64,000 nt of DNA from Heterodontus francisci (lineage: Eukaryota), in the NCBI RefSeq assembly GCF_036365525.1, contig NC_090388.1, positions 61,021,189-61,085,188 of the forward strand. Reading direction: 5' to 3'. Shown piece after piece: positions 40,164 to 52,419 of this stretch; the stretch's first letter is position 1, and each line of letters begins with the position of its first letter. A program made the position numbers and the translations under genes. The notes under the pieces are model-generated. The model did not search any database, was not told the DNA's origin, and was given only the letters and a program-made list of their open reading frames with translations.

Positions 40164-42960
40164 TGTAATGAGTTATTTTTATGCTGTCTGATACAACATA
40201 AATCAGATGCGTGGAGTCCAGTGGATTGAAGATCTCAAACAGGGTTATTAACAGCTAAACTTTTATATACAGTAAGTACAGAGCTAACTATTTACAGAAC
40301 TTGCCTCTAGGTGTTACTGTTGCAATGACTCAGGCTTGTAGTCACATGACTGTGTCCTAGTACTTGGCTCATTAGCATACTAAGATCTTAAAGGGACATC
40401 ACTCTTAAAGGCAATAACACAACATCCCCTTTCTTTCCAAAGATGTCTCGAATGCTAATAGTAAAAATACATAAAATTAGATATTAAAATTATTTACACA
40501 TGGATAGAGATTGTGGAATTTACAAATGTAGAGGCTTAAGAGTCCATATATTGTTTTGGTGGTTTAACAACTCTTCCACATCTGGTAATTGTATAACCTT
40601 CTGGGGATGTGGATTTCAACCTTGGCTGTCCTGTGTTTGCAGGCATGCTGGCAATGCGTTGGCTGCCGTCCTGCTGATCTGTCACACCCTCATCGTCGGA
40701 GTGTGCTCCCTCGAGTCCGCCGTGTGCAATTAGAGTACTACACACCTCTCTCAGTTGTCTTCCATATCGTTTGCCAACACCGCTCCGCTAGAATTTGTAA
40801 TCTCATAGGACCTAGGCTCACCATACACCTCTGCAGGCAACCATGTTTTCATTGTGGGGTGTATGACCTCTGACCTTTTGTTCTACATGTACCCGAGATA
40901 GTCCTGCCCCTGCGCGTTGGTCATGCACCATCTTCATTCTCCTTTCTTTTTCGAGCAGTATCGCCTGCATCTCAGAGAGTTTGGACAGATGATGGCTTGG
41001 CAGAGTTGTTCGCACTTGCCTGCCAAACATGATCACTGCTGGTGACAGTAAGCCCATATCCATAGGTGTAGCTCTGAGATGGAGCATGGCAACACGAAAA
41101 TCTTGTTTTGTTGTCCTACACTTTGGGATAAGTGCTTTGATTGTACGAACCATTTGCTTGGCGAGACCATTAGACCGAGATTAATGTGGAGAGGACGTCA
41201 CATGGCTTATGCCCCATTTGGTGCACATATCCCATATACTGTAGCCCATTGTCACAAAGGATTTCTTCAGGTGCATCGAATAGACTGAATATAGCACTAG
41301 CACTCTGCGATGGCCAGTGTCTTTTACCTGTCTGACAATTGGATAAAGTCTTCTTCGTTAACAGAAAATAGGTCAGTGGCAATTTTGGACCAAGGGACTG
41401 ACGGAATCTTACGAGGGTGTATAGGTTCTTTGCGTTGTTGTGGCTGGGTCATGCGTCATACATGCTCACTAACCTTTTAATATTATTGATCCCTGGCCAA
41501 TAAACAGTGTCTCGTGCCAGTCATCTTGTCCGCTCTATGTCCCTATGGCCTTGGTGAAGTTGTGAAAGGATGTCCTCTCAGAGAGCTTTGAGCACAATCA
41601 CTTGTTTTCTCTTGAAGGCGACGCCTCTCAAGATACGAAGTTCATCTTTGTAAGTCCAGAAGCATGAGAGTTTCTGGCACCTCTTTTACTGTGTCAGGCC
41701 AGCCTTCCATGATGACTCTCCACAGTGCCTTTAGTTGTGGGTCATTTGCTGTTTCTGATTGTATTTCGTCACATTTGTGCTGACCAAAATGCAATAAGTC
41801 GATTCTGAGCACATCTTCCACCTCGATGTCCATGCTGTCTACTTTTAGATCCAGTGGAAATTCTTCATCCTTGCTTGGGTTTGGCAATCTGCTCAGCGTA
41901 TCCGAGGTGACCATTTTAGTGCCCAGTTTGTAGCAGACGAAGTCATACCCCATTACTTTCACTAAAAGTCGCTGTAGTCGAGGTGGTACGCTTGTCAATG
42001 GTTTGCGCCAGATCATCTCCAGTGGTTTGTGGTCAGTTTCCACCTTGAACTGCTTACCAAACATGTAGGTGTGAAACTTTGTGATCCCAAACACCAGAGC
42101 AAATGTTTCACGCTCTATGTTTGAGTAATTGGACTGTGCTGAGGATAAACATTTGGAGCCAAGTGCAATTGGTTTGCCATCCTATAGGATGAATGCTCCA
42201 CGCCGTTTGTGAGGTGTCAACTTCCAGGATTGCCTGCTTCCTTAGGTCGTAGTACTGCAGGGTACAGGTTTCTGCTGACGCTTGTTTGAGAGACACAAAC
42301 ATATGCTGATGGTCCTTCTGCCATAAAAATGGTACATCTTTCTTCAAGAGCTCTCTCAGCAATGATGTTTTGTCAGAAACATTTGAAATGTACGGTGCCA
42401 AAATGTTGAAAAATCCCAGACATCTCTGTAGATCTTCTTAGTCTTGTGGGGCAGGTACATGCCTTACATTTTTGACTTTGCCTGGGTCAGGACGGATTCC
42501 ACAACCTGAATAGATGGAGCCAAAGAAATTGATCTGACTTGCATTCACCTGGCACTTCTTGCTGTTAAAAAAACGAGCCTTGCATGACAAACTACTGCCA
42601 TCCGTGAATGAAGATTTCGAACATATTCTTTTTTGATTTTGCCCATCACCACAATGTCAATGTCATCGGCAATGACTATGCAGCCAGGCAAGTTTTCTCT
42701 AATTCTGTCCATATGTTGCTGAAACAGATCTTGACTGACAGACGAGCCGAAGGGTAGTCTCTGGAAGGAGTATCTTCCCAATGGTGTTCTGAAAGTGGTG
42801 ACTTCTTGAGATTCCTCAGCTAGGTGCACCGACCAATATCCATGTTTAGCATCCAACGTGGAGAAGAATTTGGCTCGTGAACTTGGGATTCAATTCCTCT
42901 AATGTCGGAATCTTATGGGGGCATCTCTTTAGGGAGAGGTTTAGATGCCTCGGATATAGA
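40164..42960 (-). mobile_element. Gypsy (Mag-like) LTR retrotransposon 3' half: RT-RNaseH-integrase relics, PPT, and 3' LTR (40164-40424)
   Basis: DAKHGYW, RLPFG, IADD, VETDHKPL, PPRLQRLL, PEEILCDNG and SPAVIMFGRQVRTTLP. PPT ggaaagaaagggga precedes a TG...CA LTR. Confidence 0.88.
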
Positions 42961-45900
42961 TACTCAGTCATACAGCATAGAAACAGGCCCTTCGGCCCAC
43001 TGCGTCCATGCCGGCCATAATGCCTATCTATACTAATCCCACCTGCCTGCATTAATTCCATATTCCTCTATGCCTTGCTCATTCAAGTACCTGTCCAGAT
43101 GCCTCTTAAATGTTGCTAATGTTCCTGCCTCCACCATCTCCTCAGGCAGCTCATTCCAGATACCCACTATGTGAAAAAATTACCCCTGTGATCCCCTTTA
43201 AACCTCCTCCCTCTCACCTTAAATCTATGCCCTCTAGTTTTAGTCACCCCTACCATGGGAAACAGACTCTGGCTATCTACCCTATCTATGCCTCTCATAA
43301 ATTTATATACCTGTATCATGTCCCCTCTCAGCCTCCTTCGCTCCAGGGAAAACAGACCCAGCCTATCCAATCTCTCTTTATAACTCAAGCCCTCCAAACC
43401 AGGCAACATCCTTGTGAATCTTTTCTGCACCCTCTCTAGCTTAGTCACATCTTTCCTGTAGTGCGGCGACCAGAACTGCACACAGTACTCCAAATGCGGC
43501 CTAACCAACGTTATGTACAACTGTAACATGACGTCCCAACTCTTGTACTCACTGCCTCGGCCGATGAAGGCAAGCATGCCATACGCCTTCTTCACCACCC
43601 TGTCTACCTGTGTTGCCATTTTCAGGGAACTATGTACTTGCACCCAAAGGTCTCTCTGCTCAACAACACTCCCCAGGGCCCTGCCATTCACTGTATATGT
43701 CCTGCCCTTGTTTAACTTCCCAAAATGTATCACTTCGCACTTGTCTGCATGAAATTCCATTTGCCAATCCCTTGCCCACTTTCCCAGTTGATCTATATCC
43801 TGTTGTAACCTTAGACAACCTTCTTCACTGTCCACGATACCACCAATTTTGGTGTCATCTGCAAACTTACTAATCATGCCCCCAACAATCACATCCAAGT
43901 CATTAATATATATGAAAAACAACAGAGGGCCCAGCACCAATCCCTGCGGCACATCACTGGTCACCAGCCTCCAATCTGTAAAAACAACCCTCCACGACCA
44001 CCCTCTGCCTCCTATCACCAAGCCAATTTTGTATCCAATTTGCTAGCTCACCCTGGATCCCATGTGTTCGAACCTTCGGGACCAGCCTACCATGCGGGAC
44101 CTTGTCAAAGGCCTTGCTAAGGTCCACGTAGACAACGTCCATCGCCCTGCCCTCGTCAATCCTCTTGGTCACCTCCTCGAAAAACTCAATCAAATTCGTG
44201 AGACATGATTTGCCACGCACAAAGGCATGCTGACTATCCCTAATCAGTCCATGCCTTTCCAAATGCATATAAATCCTGTCTCTCAGAATCCCTTCCAATA
44301 ACTTTCCCACCACTGATGTTATGCTCACCGGCCTGTAGTTCCCTGGCTTATCTCTGCTGCCCTTCTTAAATAAAGGCACAACATTAGCTATCCTCCAGTC
44401 TTCTGGTACCTCACCCGTGGCCAACGATGACACAAAAATCTCTGCCAGAGCCCCAGCAATCTCCTCCCTTGCTTCCCGTAGCATCCTCGGATATACCTGG
44501 TCAGGCCCTGGGGATTTAGCCACCTTAATGCGCTTCAAAACCTCTAACACCTCCTCCTTTGTAATGCTGTTATGCTCCAGGATATCGCTGTTCCCTCCCT
44601 TGAACTCACTAGCTTCCAGGACGTTCTCCACAGTAAATACAGATAAGAAGTGTTCATTAAGACCTTTCCCATTTCCCATGGCTCCACACATAGATTACCA
44701 CACTGATCCTTAAGGGGACCTACTCTCTCCCTAGCTACCCTTTTACTCTTAATATACTTATAGAATCTTTTAGGATTCTCCTTTCTCTTATCTGCCAGGG
44801 AAATCTCATGGCCCCTTGTTGCCCTCCTAATTTCCTACTTAAGTGTAGTCCTACATCCCCTATACTCCTCGAGGGATTCGCTTGATCCCAGCTGCCTATA
44901 CCTGATATATGCCTCCTTCTTTGTCCTGACCAGACCCTCAATATCCCTCGTCAACCAAGGTTCCCTAAACTTGCCAGCCTTGCCCTTCCATCTAACAGGA
45001 ACATGCCGGCCCTGAACTCTTCCTATCTCACTTTTAAAAGCCTCCCACTTGCCAGACGTCCCTTTACCTGCAAACAGCCTCTCCCATTCAACTTTTGAGA
45101 GTTCCTGTCTGATGCCATCGAAATTAGCCTTCCCCCAATTTAGAACTTCAACTTGAGGACCAGTCCTATCCTTTTCCATAACTATCTTGAAGCTAATAGA
45201 GTTATGGTCACTGGTCCCAAAGTGCTCCCCCACTGACACATCAACCACCTGCCCATCCTCATTTCCTAAGAGGAGGTCGAGCGTAGCCCCTTCTCTGGTA
45301 GGGCCATCCACATACTGCTTCAGAAAACTATCCTGGACACACTTAAATTCTTCCCCATCTGATCCCTGAGCACTAAGGCAGCCCCAGTCAATATTAGGGA
45401 AGTTAAAATCACCTACTATTACAACCCTATAATTCCTACACTTATCTGTCAATCCCCTACATATATACTCCTCCAATTCCCTCTGACTATTGGGGGGCCT
45501 ATAATATAATCCCATCAAAGTGATCACCCCTTTCTTATTTCTAAGTTCTATCCACATGGCCTCGCTGGACGTGCCCCCCGGACGTTCCCCCCGGGATACC
45601 CTCTCTAAGTACTGTTGTGATGTCCTCCCTAATCAATAGTGCAACTCCCCCTCCTCTCTTACCTCCACCTCTGTCACGCCGGAAACATCGGTATCCCGGA
45701 ACATTGAGCTGCCAGTCCTGCCCATCCCTCAACCATGTTTCCGTAATAGCTATATCATAATCCCATGTACCGATCCATGCTCTGAGTTCATCTGCCTTAC
45801 CTGTAAGGCTTCTTGCATTAAAGTAAATGCAGTTTAGCCTACCGGACCTTCCACGCTCCCTGTCCTGCCTACTGGACTTGCTTGCTTTAACCTCTACATT

Positions 45901-47300
45901 TGCCTCAACTATCTCATCGGAGAGACTACTACCTTGGGTCCCACCCCCCTGCAAGACTAGTTTAAACCCTCCCGAGTAGTACTAGCAAACCTCCCCGCAA
46001 GGATATTGGTCCCCTTCCAGTTCAGATGCAACCCGTCCTTGTACAGGTCACCTCTGCACCAGAAGAGGTCCCAATGATCCAAGTAGCTGAAGCCCTCCCG
46101 CCTACACCAGCTCTTCAGCCACGCATTAATTTGCCTTATCCGCCTATTCCTACCCTCACGAGCATGTGGCACAGGGAGTAATCCTGAGATTACAACCCTA
46201 GAGTTCCTGCTTTTTAACCTTCTGCCTAACTCCCTATATTCACTTTGCAGGACCTCATCTCTCTTCCTGCCTATGACGTTAGTACCAATATGGACCACGA
46301 CCTCTGGCTGCTCACCCTCCCCTTTCAGAATGTCCTGCAGCCGCTCCGAAACATCCTTGACCCTAGCACTAGGGAGGAAACATACCATCCTGGAGTCTCC
46401 TTTGCAGCCACAGAAACGCCTATCTGCACCCCTTACAATCGAATCCCCCATCACTATAGCTCTTCCACCCCTTTTCCTCCTCTGCTGTGCAGCAGAGCCC
46501 TCTGTGGTGCCACGATCTTGGCTGTTGCTGCTTTCCCTTGGGAGGTCATTCTCCTCCAACAGTATCTGTTTGCGAGGGGGATGGCCACAGGGGACTCTTG
46601 CACTACCTGCCTGCGCCTACTATTCCGTCTGGTGGTCACCCATCTCTTTTCTGCCTGTGCAGCCATTACCTGCTGTGTGACCACTTCACTATACGTGCTA
46701 CCCACGATGTCCTCAGCATCGTGGATGCTCCACAGTGAATCCACCCGCAGCTCCAGCTCCGTAATGCGGGTAGCCAGTAGCTGCGGATGGATACACTTCC
46801 TGCACATATGGTGGTCAGCGACACTAGAAGCATCCCTGATTTCCCACATAGCGCAGGAGGAGCATATTACGGGGCTAAGCTCTCCTGTCATGACTTACCC
46901 TTAGATTAATTAGTTACTCCCTTAATTAAAAAATACTAATTACACTAGAGGCCTTGTTCTACCCACTCCAATCTAAAGTCCTTAAAAAAAAAAACACTTT
47001 AGTAGTACTCCCCTTATCACCAGAGGTTTTTTCCAACAAAAAAACTTTCCCCTTTTTTTAAAAAGATATTTAAATACACTAACAACTGCTACTCACCAAC
47101 CAATCACCTTGCAGCTCTCCTTTGACGTCACCGTTGGCTTTTTTTTCTCAAAACTCCGGCGCTCTGGAAGAGCTCCGCTCCTCTCCGCTCCCAAAAGGTA
47201 AAAGACTGGGCCTCAATCTTCGGGCTGAATTTATGGGCTCTGCTGTTGGCGTTCTCTCCAAAGGTCCGCTCCGCTCCTTTCCGCTCCCAGAAGGTAAGAG
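42961..47300 (-). mobile_element. Near full-length CR1/HER1 LINE: 5'UTR, ORF1 (zinc finger/leucine zipper plus SGNH esterase), ORF2 (APE-RT); frameshifted
   Basis: ORF1 has CSSC...CRKC, GDSIVR, VHIGTN and DGLHLN. ORF2 has YFNARS, ITETWL, GDFNFP, SDHN and FADDTK. Confidence 0.93.
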
Positions 47301-47453
47301 AACAGTGGGGAGGAAGGATTTATTTTCTACCAATCATTTCAGCCCCACAGTCTGCAGCGAAACTTCATGTCGGTCTCATTCAGCTGTAGCTGGCCATGAG
47401 TGCTTTTACAGCTGGTTCTTTAATGGTCCTTTTCATTGATTTTCAAGAACATG

Positions 47454-50400
47454 TGTTACGACCAGGTGAGAAAGAGGTCTAGGGTTCCCTCTCAGCCTTC
47501 ACTTGGTCTTACCATAACACGATTTAATTTTAAACACACCGCTTTTTATTTAGCTTCCCCTTAGTGAATTCTTGTTCACTAACATCCAATTATAAGGCAA
47601 AGGAACTAGCTAAACAGGTTTTTTTAGGTTTAAAAAAAAAGGTTGAAATTTATTAAACTCTCATTCGGTTAACATCTACAGATACGCGATGCGCCCACGT
47701 TAGTTTGCATGCGCAATACACACATGCAGATAGAGATAGAAAAGAGAAGAAATAAAGTGGAAAAGTTTGCGGCAATATCCGAAGATCGTGTTGGTTACTG
47801 TTCTGAGAGCTCGCTGTCGAGTCCTTGATTGTAGGTAGATATTGCTTTTTGTTGGGGCCCAGTATTCTTCTTAAACCTTGTTCGATGTAGGAGACTTTTC
47901 TCTTGAAGTTCATGTGTCCTCAGTGGGTCCAGAGGCTTGTGAGAAAGAGATGGGAGCAGACAGGAGAGGTCTTCTCACTTCAGGAGCAAACAGTCTTTCC
48001 TCTTCAGTTCAAACTTTGTACAATTCAGAAAAACCATGTTGCTAAGCAGGCTAGTCACATGACCAGCTGGTCTGACCATGTCTGTTTGTGGATTTGGCCA
48101 TCCCAGCAGTCATCCTGAAATTTGAGCTCCCTCACCTTCAATGTCTGGTGCTCAAAGTCCATTGTGGGTTAAATTGGATAAGGGAAGTAATCCCTTTGTT
48201 TCCACAAACACTGTCTGTTAATATGCAAATGTCTTTCCAGCCAAGAGCCTGGTGATCTCTTTTTTTTCTTAAAGAAGTCCTTTCTTCACTTCAGCAACAG
48301 TTTTCAAATCAATGTTCATATGACAAAATTAATTTGCCTCAGTCTTGGCAGGTGGTGGATCTGCATGACACCTCCACACCCAGAGGAATAAAATGCAATG
48401 AGAAAAGTACATTTCATTAGAAGGGTTGAGAGAAAATATAAGATACAAAAAAAAACATGCACTTCTCTCATTCATTCATAAATTCTAAAACTTATTACAA
48501 CCTATCTTTTCTTAGTGGCAGTGCTGCTTTAATTACCCCCTATTTGGCATCCCAATAAACATATGGTTCTTTGGGGAAGTTTTTTTTCCAGTTTGCCCAT
48601 TTCCATGACTGCCTAGGGTGGCATTGAGATGGTTAGCTTTAATAAGCCCGGAGTTGGAATTTTTTTTTCCCCAGGAGAGTCAGTAGTGGGCAGGTCTATC
48701 CTGAACTCCTTCAGTGCTTTGCAGAGTCATGCAAAGGCTTTTGACTTCAGGGGATGGGTGTTCTTTTTTTCCTGACTGTGGGGGAGGATTCTTTGCTAAT
48801 TTCCCCTTTGTGTTCTGACACACTCCTGCCTGCAGGTATTTGTGCAGACTCTACTACACTCCCCTGTGGCACTTCGACAAGGTGAGGCATCACCTTCATG
48901 GTTTCTCTGCCCCCTAGAGGTCTGTCTTTGTCTCTGCAGGTTCTTGTAAATGCTGTTAGCAACTCTGGTGGAGTCTTCTGGTGTCTGTATTTACATAGGA
49001 GGATGTGGGGGTCTAACCTTTCAAATATTTCACGGTTGGCTGACCAGACAGTAGAGGTTTTCATCCAGGATTCCTCCCGGACTTCCTTTAACCTGCCCTC
49101 TTGGTCGCTTTTTCCCCTTCCCTTTCTAACCTTTTGCCAGCCTTGAGCCTGCCTGTCCCCTTTTGTACTCGACAGGGGTCCCTTACAGTTCATCAGCCCT
49201 CTGCAGGAGGATCCTCCTAACACGTGGCAACTCCTGCAGTACTCCACCACATCTTTTTGGAGTTTTGGCCAGTCAAACTGCTGTCTTATGCGGGCTTTGG
49301 TCTTTCGTATACCAGCATGTACAGCTACTGTAGTCTCATGGGCCCTTAATATTTCTCTCTGGTACCTCTGCAGCACCACTAACTGGTGAACTACTGCCCA
49401 CTCCTTGCTCTCAGGTCTGTGAGGAGAACTCAATTTCCTCATCAGTACCTCATTCTTTAAACAGTAGCAATCAGGGACTCCCTCTGCTTCACTTTCAGAC
49501 TGGGCAGCCTGTGCTAACTCTAGCAATACTGGGTCGGCTCGCTGAGCCTCAGCTAGGGAAAATTTATTTAATTCACTCCCTGGGTCCTCTAAGTTCCCAA
49601 AGAAAGACTCGGACAGACAGACTGCATGGTCATTTGCCTGCAGTGCCAATGCAGTCTCCTCTGGGGGAGCTGGTTTGATCATGGCCCTATCCATTACACA
49701 TTCAGGGAAACTGCAGGGAACCGTCTCCTGCCACTGTACTGTCTCTCTGACCTCCTGCAGTTTTTCTTTCACTACTGGGGGGGCTACCATCTTCACCCCC
49801 GCCAGATAATTACCTAGCAGCAGGTCAACCCCGTGCACAGGCAAACTACAGACAATCTCTACAGTCACCGGTCCCAAAACTAGGTCGCACTCCAGGTGCA
49901 CCCAGTGTACAGGTACAGGCATACACTGCCCTCCAATACCATTCACCACCATTCTGGAGTTCACTGTGCTCTCTGGAGGAAAGGTTAGGCCTTTTCCCAG
50001 TGAAAGGGATCTAGTGGCCAGTGTCCCTGAGAATCAATGTGGGCTTTCCCTTCAAACACAAAACCCTGACAGTCTTCAGCAATCCTATTAACTTTTCCTG
50101 CACTTGCAGTAGTAATTTCCTGGGTTGCACGCTTACTGCAGTTAAAGCTACAGCTTGCTCTGTTGTGCTCTCCTCGAGGATTCCTTCTTCACTGAGCGGA
50201 TGTGCCCTGATTAATCCTACAGGTTTTCCCTTTAGTTGCCAGCAGTCAGCCTTTAGATGACCTGCCTGATTACAATGGAAGCACACAGGTCTCCGGGTCT
50301 CACACTTGTGCACAGCAACTTTCTTTTTGGCTAGAGGAGGGCCCCCTGTGTCTCTTGCTTTTCTTTCTCTCCCAGGACTGCTTAGGCTCCATCACCTTCC

Positions 50401-52302
50401 CACCCTTGGTCCTTTTTGGATTTGTGGGGGTGACTAGGAAAGGTTCTCCCCGGGAAACCGACTTATAAATTAAAGCAAACACATCAACCAGAACGGCTGC
50501 TTTCCGGGCTCTCTGAACCCGCTGCTCCTCTACATGGGTCTTTATGGAGAGTGGGAGAAAGTGTTTAAATTCCTCTAACAGAATTACTTCTCTAAGATTC
50601 TCATAGCTGAGCTGTACTTTAATAGCCCTCAGCCACTGGTCAAAAGCCAGCTGCTTACTTCTTTCAAACTCCAGATAAGTTTGATTAGCTTGCTTCTTGA
50701 GGGTTCTAAACTTTTGGTGACAGGCTTCGGGTACTAATTCATATGCCCTGAGGATAGCATTTTTTGTCAGTTCATAATTTGATGAACTCTCATCTGGCAA
50801 CAGGGAACAAACCTCTTGGGCTTTTCTGGTTAGCTTGCTTTGTAATAAAAGAGGCCAGGTGTCAGCTGGCCATTTTAGCTACCTTGCCAGTTTCTCAAAA
50901 GATACAAAAAACACTTCCACATCTATCTCATTGAATTTTGGGATTAGTTGAGATAGTTTTAACAATTCTGTACCCAGCCCTGAATTACACTCCTCCATAT
51001 TGGCCATGCTTTCACTGGGGGTTACTCTGTTGCCCCCTAGTTAACTCAAGTCGTCTCAGCTCTTTTTCTTCGCATTCTTTCTGGAAGGTTCTTTCTCGTC
51101 TCTCACTTTCTTTCTCCTCTCTTGCTTTCAAATTCCTTCTGGAAGGCTCTTTCTTTTTCCCTTTCCTCAAATTCAAGTTTCCTCTGTACCAATTGTACCT
51201 TTGCTAACAATACCCTGTCGGAGTCTGCTTCTAACCCAGTTTCTGCTTCTTCAGATTCAAGGGAAAAATGGTTAGCTACTAGCCTCAGTTCAGACTTTTT
51301 AGCCTTGGCACGCACGGACAGTGATCCCACACTGCACAGCCATTTTCCTCAACTCCTCCATAGACAGTGCTTTTAACTTATCCCAAGTTACTTCCCCCTG
51401 GCTTGGGGAGATACTCGCTTCAGTTGTAGACATGTTAGTATTCTAACACACACAACCACAAGAAAACCTACCCGTATTGAAATATTGCTCTTTTTTTTTG
51501 ATTGGGAACAATTTGGCTTCCCACTTTCAATTTCTCTTGTTTGTCTGTGGGTAAAATCCTGGACGAGGTTGAACTTTATTAAACTTAAACTCCAATTTGG
51601 TTAACGCCTTCGGATATGCGTCGCACCCACGTTAACATGTACACGCGATACACACATACACAGATAGAGACAGAAAAGAGAAGAAATAAAGTGGAAAGGT
51701 TTGAGGCAATCTCCGAAGATGGATTTGGTCACTGTTCTTAGAGCTCGCTGTAGAGTCCTTGTTTGTAGGTAGTCTTGCTTTTTGTTGGGGCCCAGTATTT
51801 TTCTTAAACCTTGTTCGATGTAGGAGACTTTTCTCTCTTGAAGTGCACGTGTCCTCAGTGGGTCCAGAGGCTTGTGAGAAGGAGATGGGAACAGACAGGA
51901 GAGGTCTTCTCACTCCAGGAGCAAACAGTCTTTCCTCTTCAGTTCAAACTCTTTGTATAGTTCAGAAAAAACATTTTGCCAAGCAGGCTAGTCACAAACA
52001 GCTGGTCTGACCACATCAGTTTGTGGATTGGGCCATCCCAGAAACTTCCTGAAATTTGAGCTCCCTCACCTTCAATGGTACGAAAAGTCCATTGTGGGTT
52101 AAATTGGATAAGGGAAGTAATCCCTTTGTCTCCACAAGCACAGTCTGTTAATATGCAAATGTCTTTCCAGCCAAGGCCCTGATGATTTTTTTTTTAAAAA
52201 CAAGTCCTTTCTTCACTTCAGCAACAGTTTTCAAATCAATGTTCATATAACAAAATTAATGTGCCTCAGTCTTGGCAGGTTGGGGGGAGGGTCTGCATGA
52301 CA
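47454..52302 (-). mobile_element. Gmr1-like Gypsy LTR element, internally deleted. 3' LTR 47454-48370; 5' LTR remnant ~51567-52302.
   Basis: Paired LTRs with CATG 4-bp TSD on both flanks. SCAN-like gag (KNAILRAYELVPE...LLEEFK), CFHCNQAGHLKADC knuckle, protease LRDTG, then integrase HHCC. tRNA-Pro PBS relic ctcgtccaggat. Confidence 0.9.
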
Positions 52303-52419
52303 CATGCATCATGCTGATATTGTAAAAGATGCTCTGCATTTCCTTAAGTTTAAAGCTGACTTTGTTGGAATTGTTTTTTTTTAAGTATAAACAAACATTT
52401 TTGTTACAATTTTTCCTGA

